Positions 17,770 to 27,751 of a stretch of 64,000 bases of DNA are shown here, in pieces. This DNA comes from Promethearchaeota archaeon. Its GTDB lineage: Archaea; Asgardarchaeota; Lokiarchaeia; Sigyniarchaeales; SOKP01. Position numbers and translations under genes: made by a program. Numbering within the stretch: the first letter of the stretch is position 1; every line of letters begins with the position of its first letter. The DNA lies in contig JBHLOY010000007.1 in the NCBI GenBank assembly GCA_048939995.1, positions 32,001-96,000 on the forward strand, given 5' to 3'. The notes under the pieces are model-generated. The model did not search any database. It saw only the letters and a list, made by a program, of their open reading frames with translations, and was not told where the DNA came from.

Positions 17770-19911
17770 CTATCTCAATGCTTCCTTGTGTTTTTGCTTC
17801 CCTTTGAATATTGCGAAAAATGAGATTCCAATGAGACCAATTATTAATAACAATGTTATTATAAGTACATAATTAATGAAAGATTCAGGAATTGTAAATT
17901 TAAAATTTTCACTAGATAAAATATCTGAATTATTTGCATAATTTCTTGCAACAATAGCAAAATTATATTCCCCTGGATCGAGTTTATTAAGTTCGTATTC
18001 GAAGGTTATGAGATCTAGAAGAATTTCATTATCAATTTTATAATAAGTGTAATCTGTAAAATTATCTTTAGATAAAAGGATAAACACACTCTCAATTCCA
18101 GAATGATTATCATAAGTTGTTATATTAAAGCAAATATTATCTAAAAGAGATGGGGATTTTGGAAACCAATCGATATGGCGTATTTCTGGTTTAGAATTAT
18201 CGGGATTAGTTGAAAAGTTAAAGTAGGAAGGAATTAGGTTATGACCCGTAATAGTCACATTATAAACCTCGTTTGCAAGGGGAGGTAATCTAATATTCAC
18301 TAGACCATATTCATCTGTATAGAATGTTCTCGATTTACCATCTAGAGTTTTCAAGTTTACACTCGCATAAGGTATTGACTTATTATTCAAATCTTTTACA
18401 GTAAACGAAATGTATTGACCTTCACTATAAGAGATATCAAACGGATTAATTGCTTCTTTTGGTTTATTTGTATAAACATCTAATTCCGGATCTCCTAATA
18501 AGCAATAACTCAAAATATTTTTCCGATGCCATTCAAAATACATAGAGGAGGAACCATTTATAAATATATCTGAATTCATATAAGCTTGTTTAGATTTATA
18601 TAATGCCTTTCCTTGCTGAAAATATTTTTCATTAAAGAAAGCCTTCCAAAATAGTTTAGCATTCGCACGATTAAGATATTCAAAATTTGGATCATCATTT
18701 ACATACCACGTAACTCTGAGACCCCCAACATATCCAATTACTCCTGCATCTTCTTTTTTTATCAAAATTTCTCCTATACTATTATCATTTTTATCATAAG
18801 AGGAGGTTGTACACGCATCAGCATAAAACAATGATGGTTTCTGCGAATTTTCACTTGATCCTGCATCAGTATTACTATAGACTGGAGGAATAATCCCTAA
18901 ACTTGTGAACTGTGTTGGATCTCCATGCCCCGCAAACATGACTGTAGAATAGCCTTTATCGAACATAGTATCAAAATTGACAGAATTTAATTCTGTTTGA
19001 TTATTAGGAGGTGGTGGGACATCTGGAGTAAAACTTGAAGTAGCCTTATATAAATTAGTAAAATTCATTTCAGGTAATACATAATTCGTCCATATATATT
19101 CAGTTAGCCTTGCTTCATCTTCATCTGGAGAATATTCTGATATTCCGCCAGCTAGCAGCATAGCATTCATCCAATCGCCAATAAATGGATTTGATTCATA
19201 TTTCAGGCTTTTATTAACCATTATTTCAAGTTCAGCAGCGGTGTTAGCAGGAAATCTCCCCACATAGACTTCTGGAGTCCAACTAATTTCATCTATTCCA
19301 TCTTGATTATATTTCGATGATTCTCCAAAATTACCATCATTATCATCATCCCAAGAACCAGTTAAATCAGCATAATAAAAATCAGTAGGTTTATAGTAAT
19401 CATCCCAATTAGAATATTCACTTTCTCCACCTCCAACTTCTATTACATCTGGATTGTATACATATCTTATAGGGATCAAATTATCTTCTGCATCGCCTGC
19501 TAGAAGAACCCACTTAATGTTCTCACGTTCATAATAATACTTTATCATATTCCGGATTCTTTCAGCATCATCCCTTCCAGGATATTCCGAATAATTACTT
19601 AATATTATTGTCTTTAAGCCTTTACTATTCTTCCATTCCACTAAAGGGGAGATTGCGTTAATAAAATCTTCACTATCAGGAGTAATTACCAGCATCTCAA
19701 TCTTGGGTTTGTACCAAAATTCGTAATCAATTCCAGGTAATTTAGATATGTCTATATTTGATATGTTATTAGAAGATTTCAGAAGATTTAAAGAAGTACT
19801 CTTTAACTTAATGTCGACATTTTCATTACCAAATATGAAAAAGCTCGGTAAAAATAATAAAAAAATTATAAATGCTAATCTTAGATTTTTCTTCAAATTA
19901 AAATATTTCAT
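17770..19911 (-). CDS. Membrane-anchored C25 (gingipain-family) cysteine peptidase
   Basis: Signal peptide, WVLLAGD, TDFYYADL, VGRFP, FAGHG (catalytic His), ADAC (catalytic Cys), LLGDP, Ig-like domains and a C-terminal TM. Confidence 0.9.
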   Translation of the reverse strand: MKYFNLKKNLRLAFIIFLLFLPSFFIFGNENVDIKLKSTSLNLLKSSNNISNIDISKLPGIDYEFWYKPKIEMLVITPDSEDFINAISPLVEWKNSKGLKTIILSNYSEYPGRDDAERIRNMIKYYYERENIKWVLLAGDAEDNLIPIRYVYNPDVIEVGGGESEYSNWDDYYKPTDFYYADLTGSWDDDNDGNFGESSKYNQDGIDEISWTPEVYVGRFPANTAAELEIMVNKSLKYESNPFIGDWMNAMLLAGGISEYSPDEDEARLTEYIWTNYVLPEMNFTNLYKATSSFTPDVPPPPNNQTELNSVNFDTMFDKGYSTVMFAGHGDPTQFTSLGIIPPVYSNTDAGSSENSQKPSLFYADACTTSSYDKNDNSIGEILIKKEDAGVIGYVGGLRVTWYVNDDPNFEYLNRANAKLFWKAFFNEKYFQQGKALYKSKQAYMNSDIFINGSSSMYFEWHRKNILSYCLLGDPELDVYTNKPKEAINPFDISYSEGQYISFTVKDLNNKSIPYASVNLKTLDGKSRTFYTDEYGLVNIRLPPLANEVYNVTITGHNLIPSYFNFSTNPDNSKPEIRHIDWFPKSPSLLDNICFNITTYDNHSGIESVFILLSKDNFTDYTYYKIDNEILLDLITFEYELNKLDPGEYNFAIVARNYANNSDILSSENFKFTIPESFINYVLIITLLLIIGLIGISFFAIFKGKQKHKEALR

Positions 19912-20021
19912 CTTAGATTATTATATTAAAATTAATTCGATATATATTTATTTTTAGACTAAAAAATATATGTTCTGATATTATTAATAATTAAAAATAA
20001 GAGACGTATTAATAAAGAAAC

Positions 20022-20246
20022 ATGATTCGATTTTATATTTGTCCACATTGTAATCAAAAAATCATATTTAAAATTGAAAAAGAGGATATAGATTCTTCTC
20101 AATATCCCGCTCCAGTATATATTCATCATAGCGATGAATCATGTGGCAAAATATCTACTTTTTATGTTGATAGTCTTTTGCAAGTCTCATATTATGAACT
20201 TGAAAAGAAAAATGGTGCAATTAAAACCATAACAACCCTAAAATGA
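20022..20246 (+). CDS. Small putative Zn-binding protein (CPHC...H...C)
   Basis: 74 aa with CPHC and YPAPVYIHH..C..FYVD. Confidence 0.65.
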   Translation: MIRFYICPHCNQKIIFKIEKEDIDSSQYPAPVYIHHSDESCGKISTFYVDSLLQVSYYELEKKNGAIKTITTLK

Positions 20247-20347
20247 ATATTTTTCTAAAAATCTTATATTTGACAATTAATTTATTATAAAATACATCAT
20301 ATAATTTCTTAGATACTATAATTAGAAGAACTCATATTAAGGTTGGA

Positions 20348-21913
20348 ATGACACTAAATTTAGAAGATATTTCTGGAATAGGTAAGGCTACCGCTGAACG
20401 GATGAAAGCAGCAGGTATAGACTCAGTCGAAAAGTTAGCTTCCTGTAAACCAGAAGATCTAACAAAAATTAAAATTAAAGGCGTAGGGACATCAACAGCA
20501 ATCAAATATATTGCTAATGCAAAAGAATTATTAACTTCTAAGGAGAAACAAAAAGATCAACCTGCAAAAGAAGAAGGACCACAAGAAACCGAAACAAAAG
20601 TAGAGAAAGCACCTACTAAAAAGTATTCTCCCGAAAAAGCAAAGGAACTAGAGAATTTAATAAGACAACAAGCTGAATGCAACATTGGTTTAGTCGGGCA
20701 TGTAGATCACGGAAAGACTACATTAGTTAAGTCACTTACTGGAGATTGGACAGATAGGCACTCCGAGGAAAAAGAGAGAGGAATATCGATTAAATTGGGT
20801 TATTCTAACGCAACTATACTATACTGTCCTGAATGTGATGAATATCTCACATCATACATGGCACAAAAAGATCGCAAAAAAGGGGAACCTTCCTATAGTT
20901 GCAGAAGATGCGAAGGAAGTTTAATATTTAAAAGAAATATATCATTTGTTGATGCTCCTGGACACGAAATACTGATGGCTACAATGTTAAGTGGGGCTTC
21001 TTTAATGAATGGAGCTTGTTTACTTATTGCCGCTGATGAAACATGTCCTCAACCTCAAACTCGAGAACATCTTGCTGCTTTAAATATTGCGGGAATTGAA
21101 AATGTAATTATAATTCAGAATAAAATTGATGCTGTATCTAAGGAACAAGCATTTAAAAATTACCAACAAATTAAAAAATTCCTTAAAGGAACACCTATAG
21201 AAAATGCACCCATATTACCTGTCTCAGCAGTATTTAGTGCAAATATTGATCTTGTAGTCAAAGCGTTTGAAGAAGTAATTCCAACGCCAGAATTAAGTAA
21301 TGAGGAAGCATTTGAATTTTTAATAGCTAGATCGTTTGACATTAACAAACCAGGTACAGATATAAGTAAATTGAGAGGCGGAGTTATTGGAGGATCTGTT
21401 CTAAAGGGAAGAATTAAGGTCGGCGATGAGATAGAAATCAGACCAGGGATAAGAATTAAAAATAGTTATTCTCCTATTAATTCGAAAATAGTCAGTATAA
21501 GTCAAGGAATGAATCTATTGAATGAAGCTAAACCTGGTGGTTTAATTGGTCTAGGAACAAAATTGGATCCAGCATTAACTAAAGGAGACTCATTGATAGG
21601 GCATTTAGTTGGAATTCCAGGCACATTACCGGATGTTATTTCAGAGGTTGAGCTAAAAGTCCATTTACTTGAAAGAGTTATTGGTTCAGAGATGCAAATA
21701 AAAGTAACAGAACTTAAGCATAATGAAAAGTTATTACTGGTTGTAGGTACAGAGAAAACTGGGGGGACGATAACAAAAATTCTCAAAAATTCTTATATAT
21801 TACAACTAAACCCTCCAATTTGTATTCCCAGAGATTTTATCTTTGCAATCTCACGAATAATAAATCGAAGGTATAGGCTGATAGGTTATGGAGAACTAGT
21901 TAGCGCTAATTAA
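20348..21913 (+). CDS. eif2g: Translation initiation factor aIF2 gamma subunit with extra N-terminal helix-hairpin-helix domain
   Basis: NIGLVGHVDHGKTT, RGISIKLGY, Zn knuckle, DAPGHE..MATMLSG, QNKID and ARSFDINKPG. The N-terminal LEDISGIGKATAERMKAAGI..KGVG is an HhH motif. Confidence 0.95.
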   Translation: MTLNLEDISGIGKATAERMKAAGIDSVEKLASCKPEDLTKIKIKGVGTSTAIKYIANAKELLTSKEKQKDQPAKEEGPQETETKVEKAPTKKYSPEKAKELENLIRQQAECNIGLVGHVDHGKTTLVKSLTGDWTDRHSEEKERGISIKLGYSNATILYCPECDEYLTSYMAQKDRKKGEPSYSCRRCEGSLIFKRNISFVDAPGHEILMATMLSGASLMNGACLLIAADETCPQPQTREHLAALNIAGIENVIIIQNKIDAVSKEQAFKNYQQIKKFLKGTPIENAPILPVSAVFSANIDLVVKAFEEVIPTPELSNEEAFEFLIARSFDINKPGTDISKLRGGVIGGSVLKGRIKVGDEIEIRPGIRIKNSYSPINSKIVSISQGMNLLNEAKPGGLIGLGTKLDPALTKGDSLIGHLVGIPGTLPDVISEVELKVHLLERVIGSEMQIKVTELKHNEKLLLVVGTEKTGGTITKILKNSYILQLNPPICIPRDFIFAISRIINRRYRLIGYGELVSAN

Positions 21914-21922
21914 AGGTTCTCT

Positions 21923-22252
21923 CTAAGAGGAGTAAGAAAGAAAAATTTCTCTAATTTTTCCTTTAATCAGAGTTATTGAAGGATCTACTTGATTAAAAAT
22001 TCTTTTTAAAGAATTTAATACTTCTTCATCAATATTGGAACTAATAGGTTTATTTAAAGTTAATTTCGTCTCAAAAAGCATTAGGTTTCCTTCAACCTTG
22101 GCTAAAAAGTGAAGAACTATCTCAATTTTATCTTCACTACTTAAATCTGATTGGTCAATATTTTGTTTAAATTCAAAGAAAATCTCATTCATTATCCTAT
22201 TATTTAAAAATTCAATGAAATTTTCTAGATTATCAATAAAGATAACTATCAT
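21923..22252 (-). CDS. Hypothetical protein
   Basis: 109-aa ORF with a 4-nt overlap with the upstream ORF, suggesting translational coupling. Confidence 0.65.
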   Translation of the reverse strand: MIVIFIDNLENFIEFLNNRIMNEIFFEFKQNIDQSDLSSEDKIEIVLHFLAKVEGNLMLFETKLTLNKPISSNIDEEVLNSLKRIFNQVDPSITLIKGKIREIFLSYSS

Positions 22253-23946
22253 TTAATATTTCGATACTTTTTGTTTTGAATATAAGATATCAAACCTAAT
22301 AATATAAAGATGATACTAATAGCCAAAAATACTAAAATAACTAATGGAAAATGGATCTCATCTGTTTTAACTGCGTTTATTTCATTATAAGTACTCACAG
22401 TGGCTTCTTTTATAAATCTCGAAGTATCATATATTCTTACTATATAATTCCCAATTGGTACATTCCTAATCACGACCTCTCCATTCTCGTTTGTAAAGAG
22501 AGGTGACATTTTTTGATTCAAATCATTAGAAATATAGGTGCCATAACTTTTTTGGTAATAATATAATTCAACGGTAACACCCACTAAAGGCATATTAATG
22601 TTGTCAGTAATTCTAATGATTAGATCATTAAACGCATCATATGTAATAATTATAGGGCTAGTTTCTCCAACGACTAGATATGGAAGTATTATTCTTAATC
22701 CTAGCTTTTTTACTGCACCCCGAGTAAAAATTAAACTTTCTTGAAATTCTTCTTTAACATTAGATATGTTGAGATCGTAATATTGAACGTTTCTTCTAAA
22801 TAGCGAAGAATTTGAGATAACTTGATCAACAATAATTGTATCTTCGTAGATCATGAGATATTTTAGAAGGATATGCTTTGGTCCTTGCGTTAGGGAGGGA
22901 AAATATATGCGTTCCCTTATATTTCTATATTTAACCAATCGGTCTATCGCCCAGGTTTTCTCAATAGAGTTAATAAATTCAACAGTATAATTTGCATTAA
23001 AACTTAGGCTTATCAATTTTCGATCTGTGGTCGTCGAAATATTAATTGAATTATCTATATTTAAAAAATCAGTGATATCGCTATCACCAACCTTTAAGGT
23101 GTGTCCATGAAGTACTTCTTTATCTGGAAGGTTTAATCTCAAATCAACATCAATGTCATCAGAAAATACCTTGGTTGAAAGATTAGTAAACTTTTGCCCC
23201 TGAATAGTAAAATTGTAATAAAAAAGTGGGCTAACCTCTTGCTGTTGAAATTTAACTAATATCTTGTCCTCTGGATTCTGATATAATATCCAGTTTCTAA
23301 TGGTAATATTAAACTCCCAGATAAGGTTCATTGTAAAGTTATTGCGATTGGTTTCAAAGTATTGAAGATAATCAAATAATAAGAAATTAAAAGGATCTAT
23401 ATTGTATTCATTCTCTGAAACCTCATGAAGGTTTATTGATTCATTTCTTAATAATAGTTGGACTAATTTGCAAGGAAATAATCTGGGACCATATATTAAA
23501 TATCCTTCTGCATTGGGAATTGAATTATCATATACTACATTAATAGATTCATTTAAAATAACTGTAATCTGGTTTGAGTCAACTATTTTCTTATTCATGT
23601 TATCAATTTGAGCCGGATTCTTCGTCTCTGTAAAATCAATTCCGAGAAAATTCATGTCGAGAGCTCCAGAAGTTAAATCATCTTCAAGTTCAGGATACTT
23701 CTCAGAGTTATTGAAAAATCCTTTTTGATTGAAATTAAGACTTTTTACTGTGATATTACCCAAAGCTTGCTTTTCTTCTTCAATAACAGGTGTAAAGTCT
23801 TCTTTAGAGAATGTTTGGGTTTGTAGATCATCATTTTGATTAATCATAATAACCTGAGAATTAGGGGATATGTAGTAAGCTGATAATATACAAATACCCA
23901 AAATAATCAATACAACTGCAAAAATTTGAGTGTTTTTTTTTAGCAT
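22249..23946 (-). CDS. Membrane-anchored cell-surface protein with C-terminal carboxypeptidase-regulatory-like beta-sandwich
   Basis: N- and C-terminal TM segments, many NxS/T sequons, and PLVGVTVELY..TNENGEVVIRNVPIGNY. Confidence 0.7.
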   Translation of the reverse strand: MLKKNTQIFAVVLIILGICILSAYYISPNSQVIMINQNDDLQTQTFSKEDFTPVIEEEKQALGNITVKSLNFNQKGFFNNSEKYPELEDDLTSGALDMNFLGIDFTETKNPAQIDNMNKKIVDSNQITVILNESINVVYDNSIPNAEGYLIYGPRLFPCKLVQLLLRNESINLHEVSENEYNIDPFNFLLFDYLQYFETNRNNFTMNLIWEFNITIRNWILYQNPEDKILVKFQQQEVSPLFYYNFTIQGQKFTNLSTKVFSDDIDVDLRLNLPDKEVLHGHTLKVGDSDITDFLNIDNSINISTTTDRKLISLSFNANYTVEFINSIEKTWAIDRLVKYRNIRERIYFPSLTQGPKHILLKYLMIYEDTIIVDQVISNSSLFRRNVQYYDLNISNVKEEFQESLIFTRGAVKKLGLRIILPYLVVGETSPIIITYDAFNDLIIRITDNINMPLVGVTVELYYYQKSYGTYISNDLNQKMSPLFTNENGEVVIRNVPIGNYIVRIYDTSRFIKEATVSTYNEINAVKTDEIHFPLVILVFLAISIIFILLGLISYIQNKKYRNIK

Positions 23947-24211
23947 TCTTTAATTTAATGACTATTTAGAGAGAAAATTAATTAAAATTAAATAATCTTT
24001 CCTTAATTTTTAAATTTTAGCTCAATTTCTTCTTCTGTTCTGATATTTTAGGAATATTTATATTTATTGAATTTATTTTTATTTTATTTAAAATCACTTT
24101 AAAAGAAATTTTTAAATATCTATTAAATGATCTTAGAAAAATGGTTTTTAATTATAATGTTAAACAGAATTTTGGTTAACTAAATTACTCTATAATTGAA
24201 ATATGATATAA

Positions 24212-25609
24212 ATGACACAGAAACTTGATCGGTTAAAATTTCTAGAAACTCTTGAGAATGCTGCTGATATATTCACTGATAATTGTAAGAATCGTTATAA
24301 TAATATAATTGCAATATCTCATAACGATGCTGACGGAATTAGTAGCTTATTGATTATCCAAAATTTACTTCACAGGTTAAATTTAAATTATGATTACTTT
24401 ATTTATAACCGATCCTCTTCATGGGCTACGTATTTAGAAGGAATCTTACCTAAAAGGCAAAGTGAAAAGACTGCTTTGATTCTTACCGATATTGGTTCAA
24501 CTCTAACTGAATTAGTCCCTATAATACTTAAAAGGAAAGAGCATTTCTTTATTTTAGATCATCATGAGATTGAAAATGATTTTAAATTCAAGGAATTCCC
24601 CGAAAACCTGATTTTTGTAAATCCAACTGCTTATGGATATGATGGCCTTGATCATATTGCAGGAGCAACTCTCACTTACATGTTTTCTAAACTAATTACT
24701 CCAGCCATCATAAAACACGCTTGGTTAACAGCAATAGGAATAGCAGGGGATTCTTTAAGATCAATGGACAAATTAGAATCCTTTAATAAAGAAATATATC
24801 AAGATTTGATTGATGAAGAGTTAATAGAAGATAAAGAGGGGTTGATTCTATTTGGAGCAATGCATAATTCTATTAAAAATGGATTAAAGTATAGTATTTT
24901 ACCTTTTGTAAGAGATTTTGGGGGTGAAAGCGATTTAACTATTAATTCATTTTTGAACAATTTACATATAAATCCGAATAAAAAAGTCAGTGAATTAACC
25001 TCCTCAGAAATACAATTTATTCAACAAGCTACTAACTCGACTCGAGGTCATTATGCTATATTGCCTCAAAAAGAGGGACTATTACATTTTGTATTTGAAC
25101 ATGCTATATTGTTAAATATTTTATCCTTCAAGAACATAAGCGCTGCTTTATCAATGATTCAGCAAAAAACTATTACTCGTTATGCCAAATCACTCTATAT
25201 TGATTATGTAAGTAATCTAACTAGAAATTTAAAAACAGTTTCTAATGATATTGGTCGATTTGAAACTCAAAAAGCGGTTTTTATTAATGCCGGCAATGGC
25301 CTTATACCACCTAGTAATTGGTCAGATACTGCAAGCTTTAGTATGGTTAATGAATTGATTAATCCTGATAAGATGTTATTTTTAGGAGGATTGGAGAAAA
25401 AAACTCAAATGATTAAACTAAGTATTAGGTGTTCTAGAAGATTTTTAGAACTTAATCAACAGATGGGTGTAAATAAGGTAATTACAAGAATTAAAGGTGA
25501 ATTAGGAGGCAATGGCGGTGGTCATAAACTTGCGGGGGGCATTCGTTTGTCCATACCATCATTTAATAGATTAAAAAATGATATTGACCATTTTCTTGCA
25601 CAGGATTAA
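24212..25609 (+). CDS. DHH-family phosphoesterase, archaeal RecJ/GAN (Cdc45-related)
   Basis: HNDADG, TDIG, LDHH, VNP, GIAGD and GGGH (DHHA1). Confidence 0.85.
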   Translation: MTQKLDRLKFLETLENAADIFTDNCKNRYNNIIAISHNDADGISSLLIIQNLLHRLNLNYDYFIYNRSSSWATYLEGILPKRQSEKTALILTDIGSTLTELVPIILKRKEHFFILDHHEIENDFKFKEFPENLIFVNPTAYGYDGLDHIAGATLTYMFSKLITPAIIKHAWLTAIGIAGDSLRSMDKLESFNKEIYQDLIDEELIEDKEGLILFGAMHNSIKNGLKYSILPFVRDFGGESDLTINSFLNNLHINPNKKVSELTSSEIQFIQQATNSTRGHYAILPQKEGLLHFVFEHAILLNILSFKNISAALSMIQQKTITRYAKSLYIDYVSNLTRNLKTVSNDIGRFETQKAVFINAGNGLIPPSNWSDTASFSMVNELINPDKMLFLGGLEKKTQMIKLSIRCSRRFLELNQQMGVNKVITRIKGELGGNGGGHKLAGGIRLSIPSFNRLKNDIDHFLAQD

Positions 25610-25611
25610 GG

Positions 25612-25920
25612 GTGAATATGAATTTAATTAAGGAAAAGTCTGATAATCTTTTTATTCTACGAATTAAAGTAAAACCTAATTCAAGACTTCAAGAAGTAAA
25701 AATAGATAAGGAATCGAATTTCATTAAAATTACTTTAAAATCCAAACCTACTCAAAATAAAGCAAATATTGAGTTGCTCCGCCTATTAAAAAAACGTCTT
25801 AAAATAAATTCTAAACAAATTCAATTCATCTCTGGACTAAAAAGTATAAATAAAGTGATTCAAATCCAATTTAAAGATAATATACAAAAGAAAGAGATTC
25901 TAAACATGTTATTAGATTAA
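25612..25920 (+). CDS. DUF167/UPF0235 (YggU-like) protein
   Basis: VKPNS..P.QNKANIELLRLL..ISGLKS..K. Confidence 0.85.
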   Translation: MNMNLIKEKSDNLFILRIKVKPNSRLQEVKIDKESNFIKITLKSKPTQNKANIELLRLLKKRLKINSKQIQFISGLKSINKVIQIQFKDNIQKKEILNMLLD

Positions 25921-25938
25921 AGAATGTGGTTTTACCAA

Positions 25939-26301
25939 TTAACTCCCAATTTTTTTCATTTTGCCACATTTAAGACAAGTAATAAAATGAGTCATTCCCT
26001 CATCAGCTCTCCTTGTCTGTCTTGTTTCTAAATGTGCTTTAGTATAGCCACATCTAGAACATTTGAAATTCTTTATGGAGCTTCTAAGATTTTCATCTTT
26101 CCAATCCATTATTTCTGTTAAATTTGTAACTTCATTTCGAATAGAATGTTCGATTTTAGTACTTACTTTATAGGATTCAGATTTTTCATCAGAAAATGGT
26201 TTTATAGCACCACATTTGCATTTAAAAACCTTTGTTCCATCAACTAAGGAGGGAAGCATTATACTACCACAATCATCACAAAATTCCATAAAAAGCATCA
26301 T
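25939..26301 (-). CDS. tfs: Transcription factor S (TFS/RpoM)
   Basis: Two Zn ribbons (FCDDCGS..CKCG and CSRCG..CLKCG). The QTRRADEG catalytic hairpin is intact. Confidence 0.92.
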   Translation of the reverse strand: MMLFMEFCDDCGSIMLPSLVDGTKVFKCKCGAIKPFSDEKSESYKVSTKIEHSIRNEVTNLTEIMDWKDENLRSSIKNFKCSRCGYTKAHLETRQTRRADEGMTHFITCLKCGKMKKIGS

Positions 26302-26349
26302 TTAGAATATTCTTAAATTAATTTGTTATCCTTTAATCAAAAATTTTTC

Positions 26350-27312
26350 CTAAAATTTTAAACCGAAAATTAAGGCAGAAAATATAATCCCAGCAATTAA
26401 GTCTGCTGATGTGCCCGGATTCATTTTTCCTTTAGCTTTATGTAGCTGATTATCAAGTTTAATGGCTAAATTTAGACCTTTTTTTGTAGAAATACCCCCA
26501 TTTTGAAGTATTTTGAAGGCAGCTTGAGAAACTAATAAAGCCTCATCTTTCCCAGATTTTCTGATTATTAGAGTATCAGGATGATCACTGAGAAGCTTCA
26601 AAAAACTATCTACTATCGCAATATTAATATCATTATAATTATTAAAACGGTCGATAAAAAATGGAAGACCTTCATTTAATATTATATTAAATCCACTGGC
26701 ATACTCAGAGCTAATTAAATCATAATGCTTTGAAAATTCAAAAATCTTTTTTAAATTTATATTATCTTGTTGAATTTCAGATATTGATTCATTAGCATTA
26801 AGATCATATTTTGCAACTTTTCCTAATCCGCCGGGATGACATATTCTTATAGCTTCATAAAGATTTATTGTATCTTCAACAGTTGAATCTCTTATAATAT
26901 TTTTAAGGATAGTTCTAAAATCCTTTAAGGAAAATTTTTTAAGTTTTTTACAAATACATGCTGATGCACTAAGTGGTGCTAAAATTAGAATATGACCGAA
27001 TAAAATATTTCCGCCATATTGCCATTTCATCATTTTTTTAACCGCTCTTTTGAAAAATTTACCTAATTCCACAAAAGCATAGTCATTATTTTTAGGATCA
27101 GTTTTATTAACTATTCGAAGGCAGAATCGCCTAAAAATTGGTTGGATAGCTGCAATTCCAGCGAGAAAATGCTCATATCGCGTTTTGTTGAAGTTTCTTG
27201 TTCTATGAACATTCCCTGGTTTTGGCCATCCTCCAATCTCTAGCGAGCTTGCTAAATTTATGCAAGTTAAAATGTCATTAATTGACCTAATTTTAATTTC
27301 TTCTAAATTCAC
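26350..27312 (-). CDS. CitG-family triphosphoribosyl-dephospho-CoA synthase homolog (archaeal type)
   Basis: LEI..PKPGNVH, PDTLIIRK.G and NPGTSADL. Confidence 0.85.
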   Translation of the reverse strand: MNLEEIKIRSINDILTCINLASSLEIGGWPKPGNVHRTRNFNKTRYEHFLAGIAAIQPIFRRFCLRIVNKTDPKNNDYAFVELGKFFKRAVKKMMKWQYGGNILFGHILILAPLSASACICKKLKKFSLKDFRTILKNIIRDSTVEDTINLYEAIRICHPGGLGKVAKYDLNANESISEIQQDNINLKKIFEFSKHYDLISSEYASGFNIILNEGLPFFIDRFNNYNDINIAIVDSFLKLLSDHPDTLIIRKSGKDEALLVSQAAFKILQNGGISTKKGLNLAIKLDNQLHKAKGKMNPGTSADLIAGIIFSALIFGLKF

Positions 27313-27366
27313 ATTTAAAATAGAATTCTTGGTTAATTAAAAATTATTTTTCCTAAGGAGTATTAT

Positions 27367-27690
27367 TTAATAATAGGATAGTTCTAAAATTTTTCTCTTT
27401 TTTATCATATAACCTTCAAGTTCATGAGTTTTATACAGAATAGGTCTAAATTCATTAAAGAGATTTTTTTGATGCAAGAATTTTTTAATTCTCAATCTAA
27501 CAGCTTTCTTAGACATTCTTCTAGGCATTTCAACTTCAAAAGTATTTCCACTACGATTAATTTCAATTTGAGGTAGTTGTTCAACCATAAATCTCAATAA
27601 GTCCTCAGCATGTTCCTCTTTCCCTACTTTGGGGGCTAAAATCAATTCTTTAACATCTATGACTAATTGTTTAGTTTCTGTTTTACTCAT
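27367..27690 (-). CDS. rpl22e: Ribosomal protein eL22 (L22e)
   Basis: The sequence VID..IEINRSGNTFEV..MSKKAVRLRIKKFLHQKNL..FRPI..ELSYY parallels eukaryotic L22e (IERSKSKITV..FSKRYLKYLTKKYLKKNNL..LRVV..ELRYF). Confidence 0.8.
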   Translation of the reverse strand: MSKTETKQLVIDVKELILAPKVGKEEHAEDLLRFMVEQLPQIEINRSGNTFEVEMPRRMSKKAVRLRIKKFLHQKNLFNEFRPILYKTHELEGYMIKKRKILELSYY

Positions 27691-27751
27691 GTTTTAATCA
27701 CTCAATAGAAGAATTAAAGAAAATATAAAATTTTTACTTTTTTAATATATT

